Assembly: GCA_963715335.1 (NCBI GenBank)
Contig: CAVQRZ010000025.1
Coordinates: 64,001 to 128,000 of the forward strand
DNA length: 64,000 nucleotides
Origin: an uncultured delta proteobacterium
GTDB taxonomy: Bacteria > Desulfobacterota > Desulfuromonadia > Desulfuromonadales > BM103
Reading direction: 5' to 3'
The translations under genes and the position numbers were made by a program. The notes beneath the pieces are model-generated. The model ran no database searches, had not been told where the DNA came from, and saw nothing but the letters and a program-made list of their open reading frames with translations. This document shows, piece by piece, positions 1 to 9,395 of the stretch (the first letter of the stretch is position 1; the number at the start of each line of letters is the position of its first letter).

Positions 1-219
1 AGCAGCGGCCCTTGCGTTGTCATGGTTCTTGAAGCCGATGGTGCCATCAAAAAGTGGCGGGACCTGATGGGAGCAACCAACCCGGCTGAAGCCGGGGACA
101 AGACTCTGCGCAAGGAGTTCGGTTCCAGTATCGGTGAGAATGCCACGCACGGATCAGACGCCCTCGAAACGGCGGCTTTTGAGATCCCTTACTTTTTCTC
201 TGGTCTGGAGCTCCTTTAA
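1..219 (+). CDS. ndk: Nucleoside diphosphate kinase, 5'-truncated by the window edge
   Basis: Frame open from base 1 ([11 protein letters not shown]...); MGATNP, TLR and NATHGSD (catalytic His) motifs; followed by rlmN as in the usual ndk-rlmN-pilF-rodZ order. Confidence 0.95.
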   Translation, partial: SSGPCVVMVLEADGAIKKWRDLMGATNPAEAGDKTLRKEFGSSIGENATHGSDALETAAFEIPYFFSGLELL

Positions 220-250
220 AGGTATTCATTGAGGAAAAACTTGAGTCACC

Positions 251-285
251 AGAGGCCCTTCGGTACAATCCGAAGGGCCTTTTCT
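251..285 (+). terminator. Intrinsic terminator-like hairpin after ndk
   Basis: AGGCCCTTCGG-tacaat-CCGAAGGGCCT followed by TTTCT. Confidence 0.7.
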
Positions 286-332
286 CGCTCAAGACCGCTT
301 TACAGCCAGCAGGCTTTTAAGAGAAGAACCAA

Positions 333-1370
333 ATGACGATACCTGCAAAAGTTGATCTGAAAAATCTAAGCCCTGCTGCACTTGTAGAATTTCTTGCGGG
401 TTTGGGAAAAGAGAACTTTCGTGCCGTGCAGTTGATGCGCTGGGTTTACCAACGCGGGGTGTCTGAATTTACCGAGATGACCGATCTGTCCAAATCGTTT
501 CGTGACGAACTGGTTCAGAGGGCCTACGTTTCAAAGTTTACTCCGGATGCAGTAGAGGTCAGTTCTGACGGTACCCGCAAGTTTCTTTTTCGTCTAGACG
601 ACGGGAAGAGTATCGAAACAGTGCTCATCCCGATGGAGGGGGGGCGCAACACCCTCTGTATCTCAACCCAGGTTGGCTGTGCCATGCAGTGTTCTTTTTG
701 TCTGACCGGAACCTTCGGCCTGGAGCGCAATCTGACCGCTGCCGAAATCGTCAACCAGGTCTGTGCCGTGCACCAGCAACACTCCGTAGATAATATTGTC
801 CTGATGGGGATGGGGGAGCCACTGCATAACCTGGACAATGTCGTCGACGCCCTGCAGATTCTGTACGCCCCGACCGGTTTTGATTATGGGCCGCGCAAGG
901 TAACCCTGTCGACCTCGGGGCTGGTGCCGGAGATGAATGAACTCGGTCAGCGTATCAAGGTAAACCTGGCGGTTTCCCTTAACGCAACCACTGATGAAGT
1001 GCGCAATGAACTGATGCCTGTCAACCGTCGGTACCCCTTGCGGGAGCTGATGGCGGCCTGTCGAAAATTCCCTTTGGCCCCGCGGCAGCGGATCACTTTT
1101 GAATATATACTGATCCAAGGTGTCAACGATAGTCAGGCCGATGCCCGACGTCTGGTCAAGCTGCTGCACGGGATCAAAGCCAAGGTTAACCTTATCCCTT
1201 TCAACGAGCACTCCGGTTCGGATTACAGGCGGCCGAGCGATGCTGACATACGGGTTTTTCAGACCTATCTGCTTGATCGGCAGATCGTGGCAGTTCGCAG
1301 GGCCGGCAAGGGGCAGGACATCTCAGCTGCATGCGGGCAGTTGAAGGGGAGATTGGAAAATAAGCAATAA
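333..1370 (+). CDS. rlmN: Dual-specificity 23S rRNA/tRNA m2A methyltransferase RlmN (radical SAM)
   Basis: [22 protein letters not shown] and C-terminal AACGQL motifs. Confidence 0.97.
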   Translation: MTIPAKVDLKNLSPAALVEFLAGLGKENFRAVQLMRWVYQRGVSEFTEMTDLSKSFRDELVQRAYVSKFTPDAVEVSSDGTRKFLFRLDDGKSIETVLIPMEGGRNTLCISTQVGCAMQCSFCLTGTFGLERNLTAAEIVNQVCAVHQQHSVDNIVLMGMGEPLHNLDNVVDALQILYAPTGFDYGPRKVTLSTSGLVPEMNELGQRIKVNLAVSLNATTDEVRNELMPVNRRYPLRELMAACRKFPLAPRQRITFEYILIQGVNDSQADARRLVKLLHGIKAKVNLIPFNEHSGSDYRRPSDADIRVFQTYLLDRQIVAVRRAGKGQDISAACGQLKGRLENKQ

Positions 1371-1428
1371 ATCCTTAGGCTGTGAACTTGTAAAGATAAT
1401 GGCATCTAAATTCTTGGAGGATCAAGTT

Positions 1429-2295
1429 ATGGAGCAGATGACGATTGGCGTGATTGGCGGCAGCGGCCTGTATGAAATTGAAGGTCTCACGAATATTGAG
1501 GAGGTCAGTCTCGATACGCCTTTTGGTGATCCCAGCGATGTCTTCATCACCGGGATGCTGGATGGAGTCAAAATGGTTTTCCTGCCGCGACATGGGCGTG
1601 GTCATCGCTATCTCCCTTCTGAAGTGCCATACCGGGCCAACATTTACGGCATGAAAATGCTCGGAGTTCAGCGAATTATCTCAGTCTCCGCGGTGGGCAG
1701 CATGAAAGAAGAAATCGTCCCGGGACACATTGTTATCCCAGACCAGTTTTTTGATCGGACCCATGGCAAAAGAGCTTCAACTTTTTTCGGCCAGGGTGTC
1801 ACAGGTCACGTCCAGTTTGCTGACCCGGTTTGCCCGGAACTTGTCGGAGTTCTCTGCGAAGCCGGCCAGCGCGCAGGGGCAACCGTACACAAGGGCGGCA
1901 CCTACATCTGCATCGAGGGGCCGAATTTTTCGACGCGGGCCGAATCGACCATCTACCGCAGCTGGGGAGTCGATATCATCGGCATGACCAATATCCCGGA
2001 AGCTCGCCTGGCGCGCGAGGCGGAGATCTGCTATGGCACCGTTGCGTTGGCAACGGATTACGACTGCTGGCACGACGGTCATGATGATGTCACGGTAGGG
2101 GCTGTGCTGGAGATCATCCGACAGAATGTTGCCATGGCACGCAACATTATCAAACATGCAGCAAAGGCCCTTTCGGCAGAACCTCAGTGCGGGTGCGGAG
2201 AGTCCCTGAGATATGCAATTATGACAGACCGTACTTTGATTCCTGAACAGACCCGCAAAAATCTGGCACCGATTCTGGGAAAATATCTGGACTAG
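1429..2295 (+). CDS. mtnP: S-methyl-5'-thioadenosine phosphorylase
   Basis: IGGSGLY, PRHGRGH, EGPNFSTRAES, GMT and TDYDCW motifs; ATG 1429 lies 8 nt after GGAGG. Confidence 0.93.
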   Translation: MEQMTIGVIGGSGLYEIEGLTNIEEVSLDTPFGDPSDVFITGMLDGVKMVFLPRHGRGHRYLPSEVPYRANIYGMKMLGVQRIISVSAVGSMKEEIVPGHIVIPDQFFDRTHGKRASTFFGQGVTGHVQFADPVCPELVGVLCEAGQRAGATVHKGGTYICIEGPNFSTRAESTIYRSWGVDIIGMTNIPEARLAREAEICYGTVALATDYDCWHDGHDDVTVGAVLEIIRQNVAMARNIIKHAAKALSAEPQCGCGESLRYAIMTDRTLIPEQTRKNLAPILGKYLD

Positions 2296-2373
2296 ATTGA
2301 CAGTATGATTGCTAAAAATCTATAGATTTGTTCTAATAATAAATTCCTGTTATTCCAGACAAAAAGGATCTTT

Positions 2374-3282
2374 ATGGATATCCTGGTAGTCGGGTCTGTT
2401 GCTTTCGATAGTATAGAGACACCCTTCGGTAGGGGGGATGATGTCCTGGGCGGGTCCGCGACCTATTTCTCAACCTCTGCCAGTTTTTTTACCGGCGTCC
2501 AGCTGGTTGCCGTGGTCGGGGAGGATTTCCCTGATGAACCGCGACAGTTCCTCATGTCGCGCGGCGTCGACTTGGCTGGCCTCCAGACCCGGCCAGGGAA
2601 GACCTTCCGCTGGAAGGGCCGTTACAGCTACGATCTCAATGAAGCACATACCCTGGAAACACATCTGAACGTTTTTGAGACGTTCCATCCGCAACTCCCG
2701 GAACCCTATCGCCGGGCGGAATTCGTTTTCCTGGCCAACATAGACCCCGAGCTTCAGCTGGAGGTTCTGCAGCAGGTCGAAAAGCCGAAACTGATCGCCT
2801 GCGATACCATGAATTTCTGGATAGAGGGTAAGCGTGATGCTTTGGTGCACACCCTGGGGCACGTCGACATCCTGGTCATTAACGAATCCGAAGTCCGCCA
2901 GCTCGCAGAAGAAGCCAATCTCGTTAAGGCTGCACGGCAAGTCCTGGCCATGGGCCCGAAGACCCTGGTTGTGAAGCGCGGTGAATATGGCGTCCTGGTA
3001 TTTAATCAGCACTCGATCTTTTCCGCCCCGGCATATCCTCTGGAGGAGGTCTTCGATCCCACAGGCGCAGGAGATACTTTTGCAGGCGGTTTCATGGGGT
3101 ACCTGGCGGCAACCAACAACTTGAGTGATGAAACGATCCGCAAAGCGACGGTTTTCGGGAGCGTCATGGCGTCATTTACCGTGGAGGATTTCAGTCTCAA
3201 CCGGTTACGAAAGTTGGATTGGACAGAGGTTGAAGGCCGCTTCAGGCACTTTCAGGCACTGACTGTTTTTGAAGGTTTGTGA
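2374..3282 (+). CDS. PfkB/ribokinase-family carbohydrate or nucleoside kinase
   Basis: LGGSA, INESE and DPTGAGDTFAGG PfkB signature. Confidence 0.9.
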   Translation: MDILVVGSVAFDSIETPFGRGDDVLGGSATYFSTSASFFTGVQLVAVVGEDFPDEPRQFLMSRGVDLAGLQTRPGKTFRWKGRYSYDLNEAHTLETHLNVFETFHPQLPEPYRRAEFVFLANIDPELQLEVLQQVEKPKLIACDTMNFWIEGKRDALVHTLGHVDILVINESEVRQLAEEANLVKAARQVLAMGPKTLVVKRGEYGVLVFNQHSIFSAPAYPLEEVFDPTGAGDTFAGGFMGYLAATNNLSDETIRKATVFGSVMASFTVEDFSLNRLRKLDWTEVEGRFRHFQALTVFEGL

Positions 3283-3305
3283 GCAGGCAACAGAGGGGAG
3301 ACGTT

Positions 3306-4055
3306 ATGTTCCTGCGGGATGAGTCAATTCAAGGAATCGGCGTGTCGGCCGACAAGGTCGTCCACCTTTTCCGCTCCATGCGCGAAGTCCAGCTTGCCTT
3401 GCCGGGGGTCTCGGCGCAGCAGGCAAGTGCTTATCTCTGCCAGTATAAACAACCGGAGGGTATTGCGACCGTTGCGGTGTTCCACCTGCACAAGAGCAGT
3501 GTGCTGGCTTTTTATTTCGGCGACCCGCGAATTATCCCTGAACAGAAAATGGACAGCATGCTTGATCACGGGTTGAATTTTGTCGAATCAATGGGCTTTC
3601 TCCTGACAGATCAGGATATCCATCTCCTGGACGGGGCTGACCGTCAGATGTTATGGGAGTCCCTGCCTTTGAAAGTGGGGTTGGGTGCCGAAGAAGCCCC
3701 TGCGGAACCGGCTCCGACAAAACAGTCCGAGGCGAAAACTGCAGAGAAACCTGCTGCCGGTCTTGCAGTTCCCGGCCCAACGACGACTAAGAAAAAACCG
3801 CCTGTTGAAACGTCCACCAGCAGCAAACCTGCTGCAACCCAATCGCCCGCCGTCAAGGCTGTTCGGCAGACCGAGCCGATGAGTCTTGAGGACGAGGCCA
3901 CTGAAAATGTTGATGACCTGCTTGCAGCTGTCGAGGCGATGCGAGCCAAGCGCCCCGGGTTGAGGGCACGCAAGACTGCGCCATCGGTGGAAGAAATGAA
4001 CCGGAGAAAAGAACAGTTACGTGCAAATGTGGGACGGATTCTTGCCTCGCTCTAA
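3306..4055 (+). CDS. Conserved hypothetical protein upstream of the pilF/tgl-like gene
   Basis: Globular N-terminal ~120 aa (FVESMGF motif), Pro/Ala/Lys/Thr-rich linker, C-terminal helix (VGRILASL); ATG 3306 follows GAGGGGA. Confidence 0.75.
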   Translation: MFLRDESIQGIGVSADKVVHLFRSMREVQLALPGVSAQQASAYLCQYKQPEGIATVAVFHLHKSSVLAFYFGDPRIIPEQKMDSMLDHGLNFVESMGFLLTDQDIHLLDGADRQMLWESLPLKVGLGAEEAPAEPAPTKQSEAKTAEKPAAGLAVPGPTTTKKKPPVETSTSSKPAATQSPAVKAVRQTEPMSLEDEATENVDDLLAAVEAMRAKRPGLRARKTAPSVEEMNRRKEQLRANVGRILASL

Positions 4056-4080
4056 GTCACTACTCGAAAGGTTGTATCTA

Positions 4081-4842
4081 ATGCATTATCGATGGGTTTT
4101 CTCGGGCATGGTCGTGCTGCTTATGCTGATGGTTGCCTGTGTGCCGGTTAAAGAGAAAAGGTCCGCTGCTAAAGATGCCAGATATCATTACCTGCTCGGC
4201 TCTACCTCGCTGAATGAACAAAATCCGACAGAGGCGCTCAAGGAATTTCTCCTGGCAGAAAAATATGACGACGAAGACCCGGAAATCCAGGATGGTCTTG
4301 CCCAGGCTTATTGGCAGAAAAGAGCTTTTGACCTGGCAGAGAAGCATTTTTTAAAGGCAATAGAACTTAGCGACAACGATCCGAAATACTACAGCAACCT
4401 TGGGGCTCTCTACCTCTCCATGGATCGCTATGACGATGCAATCAATGCTTTCAGGACGGCTGCTGACAGTCTGCTTTTTGATCGACCTGAGTTAGCATGG
4501 ACCGGGATCGGCCTGGCGTATTTCCATAAACAGGATTATCCGGCATCTCAGCGCGCATATGAAAAAGCGATGGATCTGAGCCCGCGCTACTACATGCCGC
4601 CGTTTCGTCTTGGAGAGCTTTATTATAACCAGGACCGTCCGGTCGAAGCTTTGGACATGTTCACCCGCAGTGTTGAACTGGCACCCAATTTCTCCACCGG
4701 TTTTTACTGGCAGGGGTTGGTCTATATGAAAATGAAAGACACTGCCGAGGCGAAAAAATCGTTTATGGAAGTCATACGTCTGGCACCAGGCAGCGAATTA
4801 GCCCGGTTGTCAGGGAATTATCTCAAAATTATTGGCAAATAA
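4081..4842 (+). CDS. TPR lipoprotein, type IV pilus secretin pilotin PilF/PilW/Tgl-like
   Basis: Hydrophobic signal ending in lipobox-like MVAC; about 6 TPRs (e.g. YYSNLGALY, AWTGIGLAY); position between rlmN and rodZ. Confidence 0.85.
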   Translation: MHYRWVFSGMVVLLMLMVACVPVKEKRSAAKDARYHYLLGSTSLNEQNPTEALKEFLLAEKYDDEDPEIQDGLAQAYWQKRAFDLAEKHFLKAIELSDNDPKYYSNLGALYLSMDRYDDAINAFRTAADSLLFDRPELAWTGIGLAYFHKQDYPASQRAYEKAMDLSPRYYMPPFRLGELYYNQDRPVEALDMFTRSVELAPNFSTGFYWQGLVYMKMKDTAEAKKSFMEVIRLAPGSELARLSGNYLKIIGK

Positions 4843-5723
4843 TGGAAAATACAGATAGAGACATTGGTCGTCTCCTGAAAGAGCGACGTGAGGAGCTGGG
4901 CTACACGCTTCAGGACGCTGAAGAAGAGACGCGGATACGCAAGACCTATCTGGAAAGTCTCGAGAATAATCGTTTCTCGGCGCTCCCCGGGCAGGCTTAC
5001 GTAACCGGTTTTATCCGTGTCTATGCGCGTTATCTTGGCCTCAAAAGCAACTCCCTCCTGGTGCTGTTGAGCGATCTCCAGAGCGCCGAAACCAGTGCTC
5101 CGGAAACTGAGACGATCGTACCGCGGACCGTTCTGCCCACTGAATCTGCTTCGGGTGGCGATTGGCGGAAATTCCTTTTGGCTTTTATTTTGGTTCTTCT
5201 ACTCGGCGGCATCCTCTATTTTCTGCCTGCGATGTTTCCGGGCGACGAGCAGACCGACAAGAGCGTACCCAAGGCCGCTTTACCAGAGAGAGAGCCGGTT
5301 GCACCCGGGAAGGCACAAGCTGAAATCGAGAGATCGCTGGCTGAACCTGAAAAAACGAAAACACAAGCGACTGTGCAGGACAACCCGGATGAGGCTGAAA
5401 ATGTCGTGCCTGCCCAGGCATCCGCGCAGACAGGCATTAATGCAAAGCCGCAGAATCTGGACAGCAGGGTCTTGCCAGTTATCCCCGATAGCGGCGCGTC
5501 ATTAAGGATGCTTGCTTTGGCCGATAGCTCACTTATAATAAAAGTCGATGCGCGTAAGCCACAACAATTCGATCTGCACGACGGTCTTGACCTGACCTGG
5601 AAGATCAATGAGAGAGTGTCTGTGGAATTTGCCGCCAGTGATGTGGCACGCTTCTGGCTGGACGGCAGGGAAGTCGATATTGCAGGTTCCAAAATGTTCG
5701 AATTGCAGCCTGCCGCTGAATGA
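4842..5723 (+). CDS. rodZ: RodZ-like protein (HTH_25, single TM, periplasmic DUF4115-like domain)
   Basis: IGRLLKERREELG...TRIRKTYLESLE...YVTGFIRVYARYLGL; one TM segment; synteny. Confidence 0.85.
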   Translation: MENTDRDIGRLLKERREELGYTLQDAEEETRIRKTYLESLENNRFSALPGQAYVTGFIRVYARYLGLKSNSLLVLLSDLQSAETSAPETETIVPRTVLPTESASGGDWRKFLLAFILVLLLGGILYFLPAMFPGDEQTDKSVPKAALPEREPVAPGKAQAEIERSLAEPEKTKTQATVQDNPDEAENVVPAQASAQTGINAKPQNLDSRVLPVIPDSGASLRMLALADSSLIIKVDARKPQQFDLHDGLDLTWKINERVSVEFAASDVARFWLDGREVDIAGSKMFELQPAAE

Positions 5724-6259
5724 GCTCAGTTATGGTGATCACCTGTTCTGAATGTAAGGGACGATATAAGATTGACCCCTCCGGCAGTAAGTTGAAGGTG
5801 GGCAAGGTCAAATGCCCCGGTTGCTCGCACGTGTTTGAAATTGCACTGACCGGTGCCGATGGACAACAGGTAGAAAACGCAGCACCGGGTCAGCCGTTGG
5901 TTCTGATTGTCGACGACGCGCGCTTTTTCCGACAGATGATCAGGGATCTTCTTAGCGATTTGCCGGTGGAATTCATCTCGGCAGCCGATGGCGAGGAAGC
6001 CTGGGAGAAGATTACAGCCCGGTTGCCGCAACTGGTTTTGCTTGATCTGAGTATCCCCGGCAAAACCGGTAAGCAGATACTTCAGTCCTTGCAGAAGGAG
6101 CCCCGCTTCAGCCAGGTAAAAGTCCTTGCCATGAGTGGCGTGGAACGGGGCGAAGAAGTCGCCGCTGAAGTTCGCCGGTTCGGAGCCGTAGATTTCATCA
6201 ATAAATCCTTCAAGCCCAGTGAACTTGAAAAACGTGTCAGAAACATCCTGGGAATTTGA
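5720..6259 (+). CDS. Zinc-ribbon (MJ0042-type) fused to a receiver domain
   Basis: CSEC...CPGC at the N-terminus; REC motifs IVDD, LLDLSIPG, MS and FINK. Confidence 0.88.
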   Translation: MSSVMVITCSECKGRYKIDPSGSKLKVGKVKCPGCSHVFEIALTGADGQQVENAAPGQPLVLIVDDARFFRQMIRDLLSDLPVEFISAADGEEAWEKITARLPQLVLLDLSIPGKTGKQILQSLQKEPRFSQVKVLAMSGVERGEEVAAEVRRFGAVDFINKSFKPSELEKRVRNILGI

Positions 6260-7088
6260 GCCTGGTGGTTCTGCAAGCCGGCTGCTCGATGAGGTGCGCC
6301 GTCAGACTGGTGTGGCCGCTTTCGACCTTGCTGTGGTTCTCGGCTCCGGTTGGAAGGGGGCCGCAGGGCTTGGTGAAACCCTCGGTGTTTTCAACTACGA
6401 GGATTGGCCGTGTTTCCCCGTTGGTCAAATAGAAGGCCATAATGGTCAACTAATAGCAGTTCGCTGCTCATCCTGGAACATCCTGTTTTTTTCCGGTCGT
6501 TTCCATTGTTATCAAAATATCAGTGCCTTTCACGCCGCTTTCCCGGTGCGCCTTGCCCGTGCGCTGGGTTGCTTGAGAATACTCCTGACCTGTGCAACGG
6601 GCGCTATCAACAAAAAATTCAAGCCAGGGGATTTTATGTTGGTTGAAGACCATATCAACCTGCTTGGCGATAACCCGTTGCGTGGCCTTGCCGGCAACAC
6701 TTTTATTGACCTTGCCGGTCTGTATAACCAAAGCTTATACGACCGATTGTCCTGCGGCCACTCTTCAGGCCTGCGTCTTCACCGTGGCGTTCTCGCTGCC
6801 ATGCCGGGGCCATCATATGAAACTCCTGCCGAGATCCGTTTTCTGCGAACGGTTGGAGTTGATGTTGTCTCCATGTCAACGGTATCGGAAGCAATCATGG
6901 CCCGGTTTCTTGGGCTGCAGGTTGCTGCTGTTGCCTTTATCGCCAATTATGCTGCCGGGACCACAGCGGACGAACTCAGCCACAAAGAGGTCCTTGATTG
7001 TAGTTGTCAGCACGCGGACCTGTTTCCCCTCCTGATCACACTGTTTATCCACACCTGGCAAGACATGGGCCAGAGTAATTCTGCTTGA
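6219..7088 (+). CDS. Purine nucleoside phosphorylase, PunA/PNP-I type (divergent; start uncertain)
   Basis: VLGSG, GH.GQL, GRFH, DHINL.G.NPL.G, GPSYETPAE, MSTV.E and N.AAG motifs. Confidence 0.85.
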   Translation: MNLKNVSETSWEFEPGGSASRLLDEVRRQTGVAAFDLAVVLGSGWKGAAGLGETLGVFNYEDWPCFPVGQIEGHNGQLIAVRCSSWNILFFSGRFHCYQNISAFHAAFPVRLARALGCLRILLTCATGAINKKFKPGDFMLVEDHINLLGDNPLRGLAGNTFIDLAGLYNQSLYDRLSCGHSSGLRLHRGVLAAMPGPSYETPAEIRFLRTVGVDVVSMSTVSEAIMARFLGLQVAAVAFIANYAAGTTADELSHKEVLDCSCQHADLFPLLITLFIHTWQDMGQSNSA

Positions 7089-7161
7089 TATCATATTCGT
7101 TAACGTTCTGTAACCCATTGTTTTTTCGTTGTATTTCTAAAAAAAATAACTTGACGCCGGC

Positions 7162-7189
7162 TTGACAGAGTGTCCCCTCATGTTAGACT
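7162..7189 (+). promoter_or_regulatory. Candidate sigma70 promoter
   Basis: TTGACA-16 nt-TAGACT with a TGn extended -10; AT-rich upstream region with an IHF-like site at about 7111-7123. Confidence 0.55.
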
Positions 7190-7218
7190 TTCCGAAACAT
7201 TCAAATGCAGAGGTTGTT

Positions 7219-7611
7219 TTGGCCGAGTCGATAAAACGCATTCTTGTTGTCGATGATGAGGAAAATACCCGGATCGGGTTAACCAAGCTGTTGTCACAAG
7301 AAGGTTACGAGGTTGAAAGTGCTGCAAATGGCAATGATGCCCTCGATCTGTTGGGGCAGCACAAGGTCAATCTGGTTATCAGCGATATCAATATGCCGGA
7401 TATGAACGGCCTGGTTTTTTTGCGTGAACTGAGCCGTAAATTCCCGAGTACAAGTGTGATCATGATAACGGCCTATGGTGGTGTCGAGTCGTATCTTGAG
7501 GCGATGAATCTGGGCGCCTACGAATATCTTCACAAACCTGTCCGCCTGGAGGAACTTCGCTCTGTTATGCAGAAAATTTTCAATGGTGGTTCAGTCGCAC
7601 GGGTTTCCTGA
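7219..7611 (+). CDS. Single-domain response regulator
   Basis: ILVVDDE, ISDINMP, ITAYG and HKP motifs; TTG 7219 follows GAGG. Confidence 0.9.
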   Translation: MAESIKRILVVDDEENTRIGLTKLLSQEGYEVESAANGNDALDLLGQHKVNLVISDINMPDMNGLVFLRELSRKFPSTSVIMITAYGGVESYLEAMNLGAYEYLHKPVRLEELRSVMQKIFNGGSVARVS

Positions 7612-7630
7612 CACTTGAAAGGAGGTCGAC

Positions 7631-8074
7631 ATGATGTTCAAAACCATTCTGTTTGCCACTGATTTTTCGGAGGGTTCAGACTTTGCGTTTCAGGCGGCCC
7701 TGTCCATGGCTCGCAAATATGACGGCAAGCTGATCGTTGTCCACATCATCAATGAACCGGTTGACCTGCGCGGTTTTTACGTGCCGCATATTTCCTTTGA
7801 CAAACTCGAAGAAGAAATAGAGCAGGGGGCCGAAAAGTTGATGGAAAAATTCTGCCGCACGCATATGCAGAATTTCAGCAATTTCGAATCATATGTACTG
7901 CCCGGGATTCCCTATGACGAGATAATCAAGAAAGCTGAAGAGTTGAACACGGATTTGATCGTGATGGGAACTCACGGTAGAACGGGTCTCGACCATGTTC
8001 TTTTTGGTAGTACGGCCGAGAAGGTGGTTCGAAAGTCCTCAATACCGGTCATGACTATTCGTGTTAAGGAATGA
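7631..8074 (+). CDS. Universal stress protein (UspA family)
   Basis: ILFATDFS...DLIVMGTHGRTG...FGSTAEKVVR. Confidence 0.95.
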   Translation: MMFKTILFATDFSEGSDFAFQAALSMARKYDGKLIVVHIINEPVDLRGFYVPHISFDKLEEEIEQGAEKLMEKFCRTHMQNFSNFESYVLPGIPYDEIIKKAEELNTDLIVMGTHGRTGLDHVLFGSTAEKVVRKSSIPVMTIRVKE

Positions 8075-8089
8075 CCTCGATGATCTTTC

Positions 8090-8114
8090 AAAGGCAGCGG
8101 AAACGCTGCCTTTC
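8090..8114 (+). terminator. Terminator-like hairpin after usp
   Basis: AAAGGCAGCG-gaaa-CGCTGCCTTT. Confidence 0.65.
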
Positions 8115-8203
8115 ATACGTCTGAGCCAGACCAATATCCTTGTCAAAAGACAGTCAGGGGGGTATCCTGCGTTATCAATATTCGGGAGTGCCCCTGCCTT
8201 TTT

Positions 8204-9367
8204 ATGAGCGAAAAGATTCTAATCGTAGACGATGAACAGATGATCCTTGAGCTCACCTCAATGGTTCTCAATAGCCGAGGTTTCGAAGTTCACACTGTTG
8301 ACAATGCAACGGACAGCTATGAAATCATCGAACGTGAGCGACCCTCCCTCGTTCTGCTTGATTACATGATGCCCAAGGTTAACGGTCTTGATGCCCTAAA
8401 AGAAATCCGTGCCCGATTCCCTGATACCTACGTGATCATGTTTACCGGCAAAGGCAGCGAGGAAGTCGCTGTCGAATTGATGAAAGCCGGTGCCTCAGAT
8501 TATATCCTCAAGCCTTTCAGCAATGCGAAACTGGTCGAGCGGATTGAAAGTGTGCTGCACGTCCGTTCTATAGAGATGCGTAACAGGGTGCTCGTCCAGG
8601 AGCAGAAGAAGTTGCTTGACGAGATAGAGTTGTGGAACCGGGAACTGGAGCAGCGCGTTGCACAGAAAACCACAGCGCTGGAGCTTGCTCATCACGAAAT
8701 CCTGCTGACGGAGAAGCTGGCTTCACTTGGACATCTTTCTGCAGGGATGGCCCATGAAATTCGCAACCCTCTGAATTCAATCAGCCTTTTTGCCCAGGTT
8801 CTATGTTCCGGGTTGAAGGATGAGCCGGAAATGCGATCGTATTCAGAGAAGATCATCAACGAAGTGGAGCGGATTGACGCGATCCTGGTCAAATTGCTCT
8901 CAACCAGCAAGCGTGCAAACTTTCAGCTGCGTTCAGTCCGTCTCGCCGATGTTATCGAAACAAGTTTACAGCCCTTCCTTGCGCAGATTCAGGCACAGAA
9001 TGTTGAACTGACAAAGCAGTTGCAGCAAAATACACCAGCTATCCTTGCCGATGCAGATGAGCTTGGCCAGGTGTTCTCTAATCTGTTTGCCAATGCCCTG
9101 TTTGAAATGAAGCAGGGAGGAATCCTGTCGGTCGCTCTCGAATGCGATGATTCCGAGGCAATGGTTACAATCAGCGACACCGGTGGTGGCATCCCGGAAG
9201 AACATATGAACAAGATATTTGACCCATTCTTCACGACCAAAGAACGGGGAACCGGATTCGGGCTTTCCGTTGTCTTACGTATCGTCAAAACCTATTCCGG
9301 ACGAATTCATGTTGAGAGTGAACCCGGGCAAGGCACGACATTCCAGGTCTGGTTGCCATTGGCATGA
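8204..9367 (+). CDS. Hybrid response regulator / histidine kinase (REC-HisKA-HATPase)
   Basis: N-terminal REC; AHEIRNPL H-box; N box, DTGGGI and FFTTK..GTGFGL. Confidence 0.93.
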   Translation: MSEKILIVDDEQMILELTSMVLNSRGFEVHTVDNATDSYEIIERERPSLVLLDYMMPKVNGLDALKEIRARFPDTYVIMFTGKGSEEVAVELMKAGASDYILKPFSNAKLVERIESVLHVRSIEMRNRVLVQEQKKLLDEIELWNRELEQRVAQKTTALELAHHEILLTEKLASLGHLSAGMAHEIRNPLNSISLFAQVLCSGLKDEPEMRSYSEKIINEVERIDAILVKLLSTSKRANFQLRSVRLADVIETSLQPFLAQIQAQNVELTKQLQQNTPAILADADELGQVFSNLFANALFEMKQGGILSVALECDDSEAMVTISDTGGGIPEEHMNKIFDPFFTTKERGTGFGLSVVLRIVKTYSGRIHVESEPGQGTTFQVWLPLA

Positions 9368-9395
9368 TCTGCCAACCTGATGATCGGATCCCGTA

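Noticed and set aside
7045..7053. Perfect DnaA box TTATCCACA
   Set aside because: It is a single copy inside a CDS, with no box cluster and no dnaA/dnaN nearby.
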